NCBI GenBank assembly: GCA_030390025.1
Contig: JASTWF010000036.1
Coordinates: 4,032,001 to 4,096,000 of the forward strand
Source: Squalus acanthias
Taxonomy: Eukaryota
DNA: 64,000 nucleotides
Reading direction: 5' to 3'
Shown: positions 49,401 to 63,716 of the stretch, in pieces
Layout: every line of letters begins with the position of its first letter
How positions within the stretch are numbered: position 1 is the first letter of the stretch
The notes under the pieces: generated by a model
Told to the model about the DNA's origin: nothing
The model's database searches: none
Seen by the model: only the letters and a program-made list of their open reading frames with translations
Translations under genes and position numbers: made by a program

Positions 49401-52400
49401 GCTACATTAGGAACAGGAGGAGGCAATTCAGCCCCTCGAGCCTTTTACACAGGAACAGGAGGAGGCCATTCAGCCCCTGGAGCCTGTTACACAGGAACAG
49501 GAGGAGGCCATTCAGCCCCTCGAGCCTGTTACATAAGGAACAGGAGGAGGCCATTCAGCCCCTCAATCCTGTTACATTAGGAACAGGAGGAGGCCATTCA
49601 GCCCCTCGAGCCTGTTACATTAGGAACAGTAGGAGGCCATTCAGCCCCTCGAGCCTTTTACACAGGAACAGGAGGAGGCCATCCAGCCCCTTGAGCCTGT
49701 TACACAGGAACAGGAGGTGACCATTCAGCCCCTCCAGCCTGTTACATTAGGAACAGGAGGAGGCCATTCAGCCCCTCGAGCCTGTTACACAGGAACAGGA
49801 TGAGGCCATTCAGCCCTTCGAGCCTGTTACACAGGAACAGGAGGAGGCCATTCAGACTCTCGAGCCTGTAACACAGGAACAAGAGGAGGCCATTCAGCCC
49901 CTTGGGCCTGTTACTTTAGGAACAGGAGGAGTCCATTCAGCCCTTCGAGCCTGTTACACACGAACAGGAGGAGGCCATTCAGCCCATCGAGCCTGTAACA
50001 CAGGAACAGGAGGAGGCAATTCGGCCCCTCGAGCCTGTTACATTAGGAACAGGAGGAGGCCATTCAGCCCCTCGAGCCTGTTACATTAGGAACAGGGGGA
50101 GGCCATTCAGCACCTCGAGCCTGTTACATTAGGAACAGGAGGAGTCCATTCAGCCCCCCTCGAGCCTGTTACACAGGAACAGGAGGAGGCCATTCAGACG
50201 CTCGAGCCTGTTACATTAGGAACAGGAGGAGGCCATTCAGCCCCTCGAGCCTGTTACATTGGGAACAGGAGGAGGCCATTCAGCCCCTCGTGCCTGCTAC
50301 ATTAGGAACAGGAGGAGGCAATTCAGCCCCTCGAGCCTTTTACACAGGAACAGGAGGAGGCCATTCAGCCCCTGGAGCCTGTTACACAGGAACAGGAGGA
50401 GGCCATTCAGCCCCTCGAGCCTGTTACATAAGGAACAGGAGGAGGCCATTCAGCCCCTCAATCCTGTTACATTAGGAACAGGAGGAGGCCATTCAGCCCC
50501 TCGAGCCTGTTACATTAGGAACAGTAGGAGGCCATTCAGCCCCTCGAGCCTTTTACACAGGAACAGGAGGAGGCCATCCAGCCCCTTGAGCCTGTTACAC
50601 AGGAACAGGAGGTGACCATTCAGCCCCTCCAGCCTGTTACATTAGGAACAGGAGGAGGCCATTCAGCCCCTCGAGCCTGTTACACAGGAACAGGATGAGG
50701 CCATTCAGCCCTTCGAGCCTGTTACACAGGAACAGGAGGAGGCCATTCAGACTCTCGAGCCTGTAACACAGGAACAAGAGGAGGCCATTCAGCCCCTTGG
50801 GCCTGTTACTTTAGGAACAGGAGGAGTCCATTCAGCCCTTCGAGCCTGTTACACACGAACAGGAGGAGGCCATTCAGCCCATCGAGCCTGTAACACAGGA
50901 ACAGGAGGAGGCAATTCGGCCCCTCGAGCCTGTTACATTAGGAACAGGAGGAGGCCATTCAACCCCTCGAGCCTGTTACATTAGGAACAGGGGGAGGCCA
51001 TTCAGCACCTCGAGCCTGTTACATTAGGAACAGGAGGAGTCCATTCAGCCCCCTCGAGCCTGTTACACAGGAACAGGAGGAGGCCATTCAGACGCTCGCG
51101 CCTGTTACACAGGAAAAGGCGGAGGCCATTCAGCCCCTCGAGCCTGTTACACTGGAAAAGGAGGAGGCCATTCAGTCCCTCGAGCCTGTTACACAGGAAC
51201 AGGAGGAGGCCATTCAGCCCCTCGAGCCTGTTACATAGGAACAGGAGAAGGCCATTCAGCCCCTCGAGCCTGTTACAGAGGAACAGGAGGTAGCCATTCA
51301 GCCCATCGAGCCTGTTACATAGGAACAGGAGGAGGCCATTCAGCCCCTCGAGCCTGTTACATTCGGAACAGGGGGAGGCCATTCAGCCCCTCGAGCCTGT
51401 TACATTAGGAACAGGAGGCGTCCATTCAGCCCCCCTCGAGCCTGTTACACAGGAAAAGGCGGAGGCCATTCAGCCCCTCGAGCCTGTTAAACTGGAAAAA
51501 GAGGAGGCCATTCAGTCCCTCGAGCTTGTTACACAGGAACAGGAGGAGGCCATTCAGCCCCTCGAGCCTGTTACATAGGAACAGGAGAAGGCCATTCAGC
51601 CCCTCGAGCCTGTTACAGAGGAACAGGAGGTGGCCATTCAGCCCATCGAGCCTGTTACATAGGAACAGGAGGAGGCCATTCAGCCCCTCGAGCCTGTTAC
51701 AAAGGAACAGGAGGTGGCCATTCAGCCCCTCGAGCCTGTTACATAGGAACAGGAGGAGGCCATTCAGCCCCTCGAGCCTGTTACATAGGAACAGGAGTAG
51801 GCCATCCAGTCCCTCGAGCCTGTTACACAGGAACCGGAGGAGGCCATTCAGCCCCTCGAGCCTGTTACATTAGGAACAGGATGAGGCCATTCAGCCCCTC
51901 GAACCTGTTACACAGGAACAGGAGGAGGCCATTCAGCCCCTCGAGCCTGTTACATTAGGAACAGGAGGAGGCCATTCAGCCCCTCGAGCCTGTTACACAG
52001 GAACAGGAGGAGGCCATTCAGCACTTCGAGCCTGTTACATTAGGAACAGGAGGAGGCCATTCAGCCCCCCTCGAGTATGTTACATTAGGAACAGGAGGAG
52101 GCCATTCAGCCACTCGAGCCTGTTACATTAGGAACAGGAGGAGGCCATTCAGCCCCTCGAGCCTGTTACATTAGGAACAGGAGGAGGCCATTCAGCCCTT
52201 CGAGCCTGTTACACAGGAACAGGAGGAGTCCATTCAGCCCTTCGAGCCTGTTACCCACGAACAGGAGGAGGCCATTCAGCCCTTCGAGCCTGTAACACAG
52301 GAACAGGAGGAGGCAATTCGGCCCCTCGAGCCTGTTACATTAGGAACAGGAGGAGGCCATTCAGCCCCTCGAGCCTGTTACATTAGGAACAGGGGGAGGC

Positions 52401-55400
52401 CATTCAGCACCTCGAGCCTGTTACATTAGGAACAGGAGGAGTCCATTCAGCCCCCCTCGAGCCTGTTACACAGGAACAGGAGGAGGCCATTCAGACGCTC
52501 GCGCCTGTTACACAGGAAAAGGCGGAGGCCATTCAGCTCCTCGAGCCTGTTACACTGGAAAAGGAGGAGGCCATTCAGTCCCTCGAGCCTGTTACACAGG
52601 AACAGGAGGAGGCCATTCAGCCCCTCGAGCCTGTTACATAGGAACAGGAGAAGGCCATTCAGCCCCTCGAGCCTGTTACAGAGGAACAGGAGGTGGCCAT
52701 TCAGCCCATCGAGCCTGTTACATAGGAATAGGAGGAGGCCATTCAGCCCCTCGAGCCTGTTACAAAGGAACAGGAGGAGGCCATTCAGCCCCTCGAGCCT
52801 GTTACATAGGAACAGGAGTAGGCCATCCAGTCCCTCGAGCCTGTTACACAGGAACCGGAGGGGGCCATTCAGCCCCTGGAACCTGTTACATTAGGAACAG
52901 GATGAGGCCATTCAGCCCCTCGAACCTGTTACAGAGGAACAGGAGGAGGCCATTCAGCCCCTCGAGCCTGTTACATTAGGAACAGGAGGAGGACATTTAG
53001 CCCCTCGAGCCTGTTACACAGGAACAGGAGGAGGCCATTCAGCCCCTCGAGCCTGTTACATTGGGAACAGGAGGAGGCCATTCACACCCTCGTGCCTGCT
53101 ACATTAGGAACAGGAGGAGGCCATTCAGCCCCTCGAGCCTTTTACACAGGAACAGGAGGAGGCCATTCAGCCCCTGGAGCCTGTTACACAGGAACAGGAG
53201 GAGGCCATTCAGCCCCTCGAGCCTGTTACATAAGGAACAGGAGGAGGCCATTCAGCCCCTCAATCCTGTTACATTAGGAACAGGAGGAGGCCATTCAGCC
53301 CCTCGAGCCTGTTACATTAGGAACAGTCGGAGGCCATTCAGCCCCTCGAGCCTTTTACACAGGAACAGGAGGAGGCCATCCAGCCCCTTGAGCCTGTTAC
53401 ACAGGAACAGGAGGTGACCATTCAGCCCCTCGAGCCTGTTACATTAGGAACAGGAGGAGGCCATTCAGCCCCTCGAGCCTGTTACACAGGAACAGGATGA
53501 GGCCATTCAGCCCCTCGAGCCTGTTACATTAGGAACAGGAGTAGGCCGTTCAGCCCTTCGAGCCTGTTACACAGGAACAGGAGGAGGCCATTCAGCCCCT
53601 CGAGCCTGTTACACAGGAACAGGAGGAGGCCATTCAGCCCTTCGAGCCTGTTACACAGTAACAGGAGGAGGCCATTCAGACTCTCGAGCCTGTAACACAG
53701 GAACAAGAGGAGGCCATTGAGCCCTTCGAGCCTGTTACACACGAACAGGAGGAGGCCATTCAGCCCATCGAGCCTGTAACACAGGAACAGGAGGAGGCCA
53801 TTCAGTCCCTCGAGCCTGTTATATTAGGAACAGGAGGAGGCCATTCAGCCCCTCGAGCCTGTTACATTAGGAACAGGGGGAGGCCATTCAGCACCTCGAG
53901 CCTGCTACATTAGGAACAGGAGGAGTCCATTCAGCCCCCTCGAGCCTGTTACACAGGAACAGGAGGAGGCCATTCAGACGTTCGCGCTTGTTACACAGGA
54001 AAAGGCGGAGGCCATTCAGCCCCTCGAGCCTGTTACACTGGAAAAAGAGGAGGCCATTCAGTCCCTCGAGCTTGTTACACAGGAACAGGAGGAGGCCATT
54101 CAGCCCCTCGAGCCTGTTACATAGGAACAGGAGAAGGCCATTCAGCCCCTCGAGCCTGTTACAGAGGAACAGGAGGTGGCCATTCAGCCCATCGAGCCTG
54201 TTACATAGGAACAGGAGGAGGCCATTCAGCCCCTCGAGCCTGTTACAAAGGAACAGGAGGAGGCCATTCAGCACTTCGAGCCTGTTACATTAGGAACAGG
54301 AGGAGGCCATTCAGCCCCCCTCGACTATGTTAAATTAGGAACAGGAGGAGGCCATTCAGCCCCTCGAGCCTGTTACATTAGGAACAGGAGGAGGCCATTC
54401 AGCCCCTCGAGCCTGTTACACAGGAACCGGAGGGGGCCATTCAGCCCCTGGAACCTGTTACATTAGGAACAGGATGAGGCCATTCAGCCCCTCGAACCTG
54501 TTACAGAGGAACAGGAGGAGGCCATTCAGCCCCTCGAGCCTGTTACATTAGGAACAGGAGGAGGACATTTAGCCCCTCGAGCCTGTTACACAGGAACAGG
54601 AGGAGGCCATTCAGCCCCTCGAGCCTGTTACATTGGGAACAGGAGGAGGCCATTCACACCCTCGTGCCTGCTACATTAGGAACAGGAGGAGGCCATTCAG
54701 CCCCTCGAGCCTTTTACACAGGAACAGGAGGAGGCCATTCAGCCCCTGGAGCCTGTTACACAGGAACAGGAGGAGGCCATTCAGCCCCTCGAGCCTGTTA
54801 CATAAGGAACAGGAGGAGGCCATTCAGCCCCTCAATCCTGTTACATTAGGAACAGGAGGAGGCCATTCAGCCCCTCGAGCCTGTTACATTAGGAACAGTC
54901 GGAGGCCATTCAGCCCCTCGAGCCTTTTACACAGGAACAGGAGGAGGCCATCCAGCCCCTTGAGCCTGTTACACAGGAACAGGAGGTGACCATTCAGCCC
55001 CTCGAGCCTGTTACATTAGGAACAGGAGGAGGCCATTCAGCCCCTCGAGCCTGTTACACAGGAACAGGATGAGGCCATTCAGCCCCTCGAGCCTGTTACA
55101 TTAGGAACAGGAGTAGGCCGTTCAGCCCTTCGAGCCTGTTACACAGGAACAGGAGGAGGCCATTCAGCCCCTCGAGCCTGTTACACAGGAACAGGAGGAG
55201 GCCATTCAGCCCTTCGAGCCTGTTACACAGTAACAGGAGGAGGCCATTCAGACTCTCGAGCCTGTAACACAGGAACAAGAGGAGGCCATTGAGCCCTTCG
55301 AGCCTGTTACACACGAACAGGAGGAGGCCATTCAGCCCATCGAGCCTGTAACACAGGAACAGGAGGAGGCCATTCAGTCCCTCGAGCCTGTTATATTAGG

Positions 55401-58400
55401 AACAGGAGGAGGCCATTCAGCCCCTCGAGCCTGTTACATTAGGAACAGGGGAGGCCATTCAGCACCTCGAGCCTGCTACATTAGGAACAGGAGGAGTCCA
55501 TTCAGCCCCCTCGAGCCTGTTACACAGGAACAGGAGGAGGCCATTCAGACGTTCGCGCTTGTTACACAGGAAAATGCGGAGGCCATTCAGCCCCTCGAGC
55601 CTGTTACACTGGAAAAAGAGGAGGCCATTCAGTCCCTCGAGCTTGTTACACAGGAACAGGAGGAGGCCATTCAGCCCCTCGAGCCTGTTACATAGGAACA
55701 GGAGAAGGCCATTCAGCCCCTCGAGCCTGTTACAGAGGAACAGGAGGTGGCCATTCAGCCCATCGAGCCTGTTACATAGGAACAGGAGGAGGCCATTCAG
55801 CCCCTCGAGCCTGTTACAAAGGAACAGGAGGAGGCCATTCAGCACTTCGAGCCTGTTACATTAGGAACAGGAGGAGGCCATTCAGCCCCCCTCGACTATG
55901 TTAAATTAGGAACAGGAGGAGGCCATTCAGCCCCTCGAGCCTGTTACATTAGGAACAGGAGGAGGCCATTCAGCCCCTCGAGCCTGTTACATTAGGAACA
56001 GGAGGAGGCCATTCAGCCCCTTGAGCCGGTACATTAGGAACAGGAAGAGGCCATTCAGCCCCCTCGAGCCTGTTAAACAGGAACAGGAGGAGGCCATTCA
56101 GCCCCTCGAGCCTGTTACATTAGGAACAGGAGGAGGCCATTCAGCCCCTCGAGCCTGTTACATTGGGAACAGGAGGAGGCCATTCAGCCCCTCGTGCCTG
56201 CTACATTAGGAACAGGAGGAGGCAATTCAGCCCCTCGAGCCTTTTACACAGGAACAGGAGGAGGCCATTCAGCCCCTGGAGCCTGTTACACAGGAACAGG
56301 AGGAGGCCATTCAGCCCCTCGAGCCTGTTACATTAGGAACAGGAGGAGGCCATTCAGCCCCTCAATCCTGTTACATTAGGAACAGGAGGAGGCCATTCAG
56401 CCCCTCGAGCCTGTTACATTAGGAACAGTAGGAGGCCATTCAGCCCCTCGAGCCTTTTACACAGGAACAGGAGGAGGCCATCCAGCCCCTTGAGCCTGTT
56501 ACACAGGAACAGGAGGTGACCATTCAGCCCCTCCAGCCTGTTACATTAGGAACAGGAGGAGGCCATTCAGCCCCTCGAGCCTGTTACACAGGAACAGGAT
56601 GAGGCCATTCAGCCCTTCGAGCCTGTTACACAGGAACAGGAGGAGGCCATTCAGACTCTCGAGCCTGTAACACAGGAACAAGAGGAGGCCATTCAGCCCC
56701 TTGGGCCTGTTACTTTAGGAACAGGAGGAGTCCATTCAGCCCTTCGAGCCTGTTACGCACGAACAGGAGGAGGCCATTCAGCCCATCGAGCCTGTAACAC
56801 AGGAACAGGAGGAGGCAATTCGGCCCCTCGAGCCTGTTACATTAGGAACAGGAGGAGGCCATTCAGCCCCTCGAGCCTGTTACATTAGGAACAGGGGGAG
56901 GCCATTCAGCACCTCGAGCCTGTTACATTAGGAACAGGAGGAGTCCATTCAGCCCCCCTCGAGCCTGTTACACAGGAACAGGAGGAGGCCATTCAGACGC
57001 TCGCGCCTGTTACACAGGAAAAGGCGGAGGCCATTCAGCCCCTCGAGCCTGTTACACTGGAAAAGGAGGAGGCCATTCAGTCCCTCGAGCCTGTTACACA
57101 GGAACAGGAGGAGGCCATTCAGCCCCTCGAGCCTGTTACATAGGAACAGGAGAAGGCCATTCAGCCCCTCGAGCCTGTTACAGAGGAACAGGAGGTAGCC
57201 ATTCAGCCCATCGAGCCTGTTACATAGGAACAGGAGGAGGCCATTCAGCCCCTCGAGCCTGTTACATTCGGAACAGGGGGAGGCCATTCAGCCCCTCGAG
57301 CCTGTTACATTAGGAACAGGAGGCGTCCATTGAGCCCCCCTCGAGCCTGTTACACAGGAACAGGAGGAGGCCATTCAGACGTTCGCGCTTGTTACACAGG
57401 AAAAGGCGGAGGCCATTCAGCCCCTCGAGCCTGTTACACTGGAAAAAGAGGAGGCCATTCAGTCCCTCGAGCTTGTTACACAGGAACAGGAGGAGGCCAT
57501 TCAGCCCCTCGAGCCTGTTACATAGGAACAGGAGAAGGCCATTCAGCCCCTCGAGCCTGTTACAGAGGAACAGGAGGTGGCCATTCAGCCCATCGAGCCT
57601 GTTACATAGGAACAGGAGGAGGCCATTCAGCCCCTCGAGCCTGTTACAAAGGAACAGGAGGTGGCCATTCAGCCCCTCGAGCCTGTTACATAGGAACAGG
57701 AGGAGGCCATTCAGCCCCTCGAGCCTGTTACATAGGAACAGGAGTAGGCCATCCAGTCCCTCGAGCCTGTTACACAGGAACCGGAGGAGGCCATTCAGCC
57801 CCTCGAGCCTGTTACATTAGGAACAGGATGAGGCCATTCAGCCCCTCGAACCTGTTACACAGGAACAGGAGGAGGCCATTCAGTCCCTCGAGCCTGTTAC
57901 ATTAGGAACAGGAGGAGGCCATTCAGCCCCTCGAGCCTGTTACACAGGAACAGGAGGAGGCCATTCAGCACTTCGAGCCTGTTACATTAGGAACAGGAGG
58001 AGGCCATTCAGCCCCCCTCGAGTATGTTACATTAGGAACAGGAGGAGGCCATTCAGCCACTCGAGCCTGTTACATTAGGAACAGGAGGAGGCCATTCAGC
58101 CCCTCGAGCCTGTTACATTAGGAACAGGAGGAGGCCATTCAGCCCTTCGAGCCTGTTACACAGGAACAGGAGGAGGCCATTCAGCCCTTCGAGCCTGTTA
58201 CACAGGAACAGGAGGAGGCCATTCAGACTCTCGAGCCTGTAACACAGGAACAAGAGGAGGCCATTCAGCCCCTTGGGCCTGTTACATTAGGAACAGGAGG
58301 AGTCCATTCAGCCCTTCGAGCCTGTTACACACGAACAGGAGGAGGCCATTCAGCCCTTCGAGCCTGTAACACAGGAACAGGAGGAGGCAATTCGGCCCCT

Positions 58401-61400
58401 CGAGCCTGTTACATTAGGAACAGGAGGAGGCCATTCAGCCCCTCGAGCCTGTTACATTAGGAACAGGGGGAGGCCATTCAGCACCTCGAGCCTGTTACAT
58501 TAGGAACAGGAGGAGTCCATTCAGCCCCCCTCGAGCCTGTTACACAGGAACAGGAGGAGGCCATTCAGACGCTCGCGCCTGTTACACAGGAAAAGGCGGA
58601 GGCCATTCAGCTCCTCGAGCCTGTTACACTGGAAAAGGAGGAGGCCATTCAGTCCCTCGAGCCTGTTACACAGGAACAGGAGGAGGCCATTCAGCCCCTC
58701 GAGCCTGTTACATAGGAACAGGAGAAGGCCATTCAGCCCCTCGAGCCTGTTACAGAGGAACAGGAGGTGGCCATTCAGCCCATCGAGCCTGTTACATAGG
58801 AATAGGAGGAGGCCATTCAGCCCCTCGAGCCTGTTACAAAGGAACAGGAGGAGGCCATTCAGCCCCTCGAGCCTGTTACATAGGAACAGGAGTAGGCCAT
58901 CCAGTCCCTCGAGCCTGTTACACAGGAACCGGAGGGGGCCATTCAGCCCCTGGAACCTGTTACATTAGGAACAGGATGAGGCCATTCAGCCCCTCGAACC
59001 TGTTACAGAGGAACAGGAGGAGGCCATTCAGCCCCTCGAGCCTGTTACATTAGGAACAGGAGGAGGACATTTAGCCCCTCGAGCCTGTTACACAGGAACA
59101 GGAGGAGGCCATTCAGCCCCTCGAGCCTGTTACATTGGGAACAGGAGGAGGCCATTCACACCCTCGTGCCTGCTACATTAGGAACAGGAGGAGGCCATTC
59201 AGCCCCTCGAGCCTTTTACACAGGAACAGGAGGAGGCCATTCAGCCCCTGGAGCCTGTTACACAGGAACAGGAGGAGGCCATTCAGCCCCTCGAGCCTGT
59301 TACATAAGGAACAGGAGGAGGCCATTCAGCCCCTCAATCCTGTTACATTAGGAACAGGAGGAGGCCATTCAGCCCCTCGAGCCTGTTACATTAGGAACAG
59401 TAGGAGGCCATTCAGCCCCTCGAGCCTTTTACACAGGAACAGGAGGAGGCCATCCAGCCCCTTGAGCCTGTTACACAGGAACAGGAGGTGACCATTCAGC
59501 CCCTCGAGCCTGTTACATTAGGAACAGGAGGAGGCCATTCAGCCCCTCGAGCCTGTTACACAGGAACAGGATGAGGCCATTCAGCCCCTCGAGCCTGTTA
59601 CATTAGGAACAGGAGTAGGCCGTTCAGCCCTTCGAGCCTGTTACACAGGAACAGGAGGAGGCCATTCAGCCCCTCGAGCCTGTTACACAGGAACAGGAGG
59701 AGGCCATTCAGCCCTTCGAGCCTGTTACACAGTAACAGGAGGAAGCCATTCAGACTCTCGAGCCTGTAACACAGGAACAAGAGGAGGCCATTGAGCCCTT
59801 CGAGCCTGTTACACACGAACAGGAGGAGGCCATTCAGCCCATCGAGCCTGTAACACAGGAACAGGAGGAGGCCATTCAGTCCCTCGAGCCTGTTATATTA
59901 GGAACAGGAGGAGGCCATTCAGCCCCTCGAGCCTGTTACATTAGGAACAGGGGGAGGCCATTCAGCACCTCGAGCCTGCTACATTAGGAACAGGAGGAGT
60001 CCATTCAGCCCCCCTCGAGCCTGTTACACAGGAACAGGAGGAGGCCATTCAGACGTTCGCGCTTGTTACACAGGAAAAGGCGGAGGCCATTCAGCCCCTC
60101 GAGCCTGTTACACTGGAAAAAGAGGAGGCCATTCAGTCCCTCGAGCTTGTTACACAGGAACAGGAGGAGGCCATTCAGCCCCTCGAGCCTGTTACATAGG
60201 AACAGGAGAAGGCCATTCAGCCCCTCGAGCCTGTTACAGAGGAACAGGAGGTGGCCATTCAGCCCATCGAGCCTGTTACATAGGAACAGGAGGAGGCCAT
60301 TCAGCCCCTCGAGCCTGTTACAAAGGAACAGGAGGAGGCCATTCAGCACTTCGAGCCTGTTACATTAGGAACAGGAGGAGGCCATTCAGCCCCCCTCGAC
60401 TATGTTAAATTAGGAACAGGAGGAGGCCATTCAGCCCCTCGAGCCTGTTACATTAGGAACAGGAGGAGGCCATTCAGCCCCTCGAGCCTGTTACATTAGG
60501 AACAGGAGGAGGCCATTCAGCCCCTTGAGCCGGTACATTAGGAACAGGAAGAGGCCATTCAGCCCCCTCGAGCCTGTTAAACAGGAACAGGAGGAGGCCA
60601 TTCAGCCCCTCGAGCCTGTTACATTAGGAACAGGAGGAGGCCATTCAGCCCCTCGAGCCTGTTACACAGGAACAGGAGGAGGCCATTCAGCCCCTCGAGC
60701 CTGTTACACAGGAACAGGAGGAGGCCATTCAGCTCCCTCGAGCCTCTTACACAGGAACAGGAGGAGGCCATTCAGCCCCTCGAGCCTGTTACACAGGAAA
60801 AGGCGGAGGCCATTCAGCTCCTCGAGCCTGTTACACTGGAAAAGGAGGAGGCCATTCAGTCCCTCGAGCCTGTTACACAGGAACAGGAGGAGGCCATTCA
60901 GCCCCTCGAGCCTGTTACATAGGAACAGGAGAAGGCCATTCAGCCCCTCGAGCCTGTTACAGAGGAACAGGAGGTGGCCATTCAGCCCATCGAGCCTGTT
61001 ACATAGGAATAGGAGGAGGCCATTCAGCCCCTCGAGCCTGTTACAAAGGAACAGGAGGAGGCCATTCAGCCCCTCGAGCCTGTTACACAGGAACAGGAGT
61101 AGGCCATCCAGTCCCTCGAGCCTGTTACACAGGAACCGGAGGGGGCCATTCAGCCCCTGGAACCTGTTACATTAGGAACAGGATGAGGCCATTCAGCCCC
61201 TCGAACCTGTTACAGAGGAACAGGAGGAGGCCATTCAGCCCCTCGAGCCTGTTACATTAGGAACAGGAGGAGGACATTTAGCCCCTCGAGCCTGTTACAC
61301 AGGAACAGGAGGAGGCCATTCAGCCCCTCGAGCCTGTTACATTGGGAACAGGAGGAGGCCATTCACACCCTCGTGCCTGCTACATTAGGAACAGGAGGAG

Positions 61401-63057
61401 GCCATTCAGCCCCTCGAGCCTTTTACACAGGAACAGGAGGAGGCCATTCAGCCCCTGGAGCCTGTTACACAGGAACAGGAGGAGGCCATTCAGCCCCTCG
61501 AGCCTGTTACACAGGAACAGGCGGAGGCCATTCAGCTCCTCGAGCCTGTTACACTGGAAAAGGAGGAGGCCATTCAGTCCCTCGAGCCTGTTACACAGGA
61601 ACAGGAGGAGGCCATTCAGCCCCTCGAGCCTGTTACATAGGAACAGGAGGAGGCCATTCAGCCCCTCGAGCCTGTTACAGAGGAACAGGAGGTGGCCATT
61701 CAGCCCATCGAGCCTGTTACATAGGAATAGGAGGAGGCCATTCAGCCCCTCGAGCCTGTTACAAAGGAACAGGAGGAGGCCATTCAGCCCCTCGAGCCTG
61801 TTACACAGGAACAGGAGTAGGCCATCCAGTCCCTCGAGCCTGTTACACAGGAACCGGAGGGGGCCATTCAGCCCCTGGAACCTGTTACATTAGGAACAGG
61901 AGGAGGCCATTCAGCCCCTCGAGCCTGTTACATTGGGAACAGGAGGAGGCCATTCACACCCTCGTGCCTGCTACATTAGGAACAGGAGGAGGCCATTCAG
62001 CCCCTCGAGCCTTTTACACAGGAACAGGAGGAGGCCATTCAGCCCCTGGAGCCTGTTACACAGGAACAGGAGGAGGCCATTCAGCCCCTCGAGCCTGTTA
62101 CATAAGGAACAGGAGGAGGCCATTCAGCCCCTCAATCCTGTTACATAAGGAACAGGAGGAGGCCATTCAGCCCCTCGAGCCTGTTACATTAGGAACAGTC
62201 GGAGGCCATTCAGCCCCTCGAGCCTTTTACACAGGAACAGGAGGAGGCCATCCAGCCCCTTGAGCCTGTTACACAGGAACAGGAGGTGACCATTCAGCCC
62301 CTCGAGCCTGTTACATTAGGAACAGGAGGAGGCCATTCAGCCCCTCGAGCCTGTTACACAGGAACAGGATGAGGCCATTCAGCCCCTCGAGCCTGTTACA
62401 TTAGGAACAGGAGTAGGCCGTTCAGCCCTTCGAGCCTGTTACACAGGAACAGGAGGAGGCCATTCAGCCCCTCGAGCCTGTTACACAGGAACAGGAGGAG
62501 GCCATTCAGCCCTTCGAGCCTGTTACACAGGAACAGGAGGAGGCCATTCAGACTCTCGAGCCTGTAACACAGGAACAAGAGGAGGCCATTGAGCCCTTCG
62601 AGCCTGTTACACACGAACAGGAGGAGGCCATTCAGCCATCGAGCCTGTAACACAGGAACAGGAGGAGGCCATTCAGTCCCTCGAGCCTGTTATATTAGGA
62701 ACAGGAGGAGGCCATTCAGCCCCTCGAGCCTGTTACATAGGAACAGGAGAAGGCCATTCAGCCCCTCGAGCCTGTTACAGAGGAACAGGAGGTAGCCATT
62801 CAGCCCATCGAGCCTGTTACATAGGAACAGGAGGAGGCCATTCAGCCCCTCGAGACTGTTACATTCGGAACAGGGGGAGGCCATTCAGCCCCGCGAGCCT
62901 GTTACATTAGGAACAGGAGGCGTCCATTCAGCCCCCATCGAGCCTGTTACACACGAACAGGAGGAGGCCATTCAGCCCTTCGAGCCTGTAACACAGGAAC
63001 AGGAGGAGGCAATTCGGCCCCTCGAGCCTGTTACATTAGGAACAGGAGGAGGCCATT
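46461..63057 (+). repeat. Satellite array 2: same family, mixed 42-bp (TTACACAGG) and 43-bp (TTACATTAGG) monomers with higher-order repeats
   Basis: Tandem monomers with diagnostic variants recurring in fixed order. Identical ORF translations recur at 49364/50259, 53061/54633/59135 and 47278/48811. Confidence 0.98.
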
Positions 63058-63257
63058 NNNNNNNNNNNNNNNNNNNNNNNNNNNNNNNNNNNNNNNNNNN
63101 NNNNNNNNNNNNNNNNNNNNNNNNNNNNNNNNNNNNNNNNNNNNNNNNNNNNNNNNNNNNNNNNNNNNNNNNNNNNNNNNNNNNNNNNNNNNNNNNNNNN
63201 NNNNNNNNNNNNNNNNNNNNNNNNNNNNNNNNNNNNNNNNNNNNNNNNNNNNNNNNN
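63058..63257. other. Assembly gap (200 N)
   Basis: Run of N. Confidence 0.99.
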
Positions 63258-63434
63258 CTTAAAGGCAAGGTGCCCGATTTATTGTCCACGGACGGAAAAG
63301 TGGATTGCGCCCGTTTAGGTGGCGATCCGCCACACAGTACATGTTTCTGAGGAGTCAGCATTGGCGACAGTGTGATAGTTGAATGTGACTTGCTTGCACT
63401 CTTGGTCTGCTGGTGCTTTGGCTTTCTGTCCTGG

Positions 63435-63580
63435 CATAGATTATTTTTGTTAGGTGAGAGTATCGAGGTATATGGATGTAAGGCGGGTAAATGGAGCTGA
63501 AGTGGCAGATCAGCCATGATCTCATTAAATGGTGGAGCAGGCTCGAGGGGCTGAATGGCCCACTCCTAATGTTCCTATGA
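63435..63580 (+). mobile_element. CR1 3' tail fragment (closest local relative of the satellite monomer)
   Basis: gatcagccatgatctcatt...ggagcaggctcgaggggctgaatggcccactcctaatgttcctatg. Confidence 0.8.
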
Positions 63581-63599
63581 ATACTGTATGTAATATACA

Positions 63600-63715
63600 T
63601 AGAATTTTACAGTGTAGAAACAGGCCATTTGGCCCATCTATGCTGGTGTTTATGCTCCTCACGAGCCTCCTCCCACCTTCCCTCATCTCACCCTGCCAAC
63701 ATATCCTTCTATTCA
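63600..63715 (-). mobile_element. CR1 3' tail fragment
   Basis: Resembles 41218-41330. Confidence 0.7.
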
Positions 63716-63716
63716 A

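Noticed and set aside
46461..63057. CRISPR-like regular repeats
   Set aside because: No unique spacers, no cas genes, and a vertebrate context.
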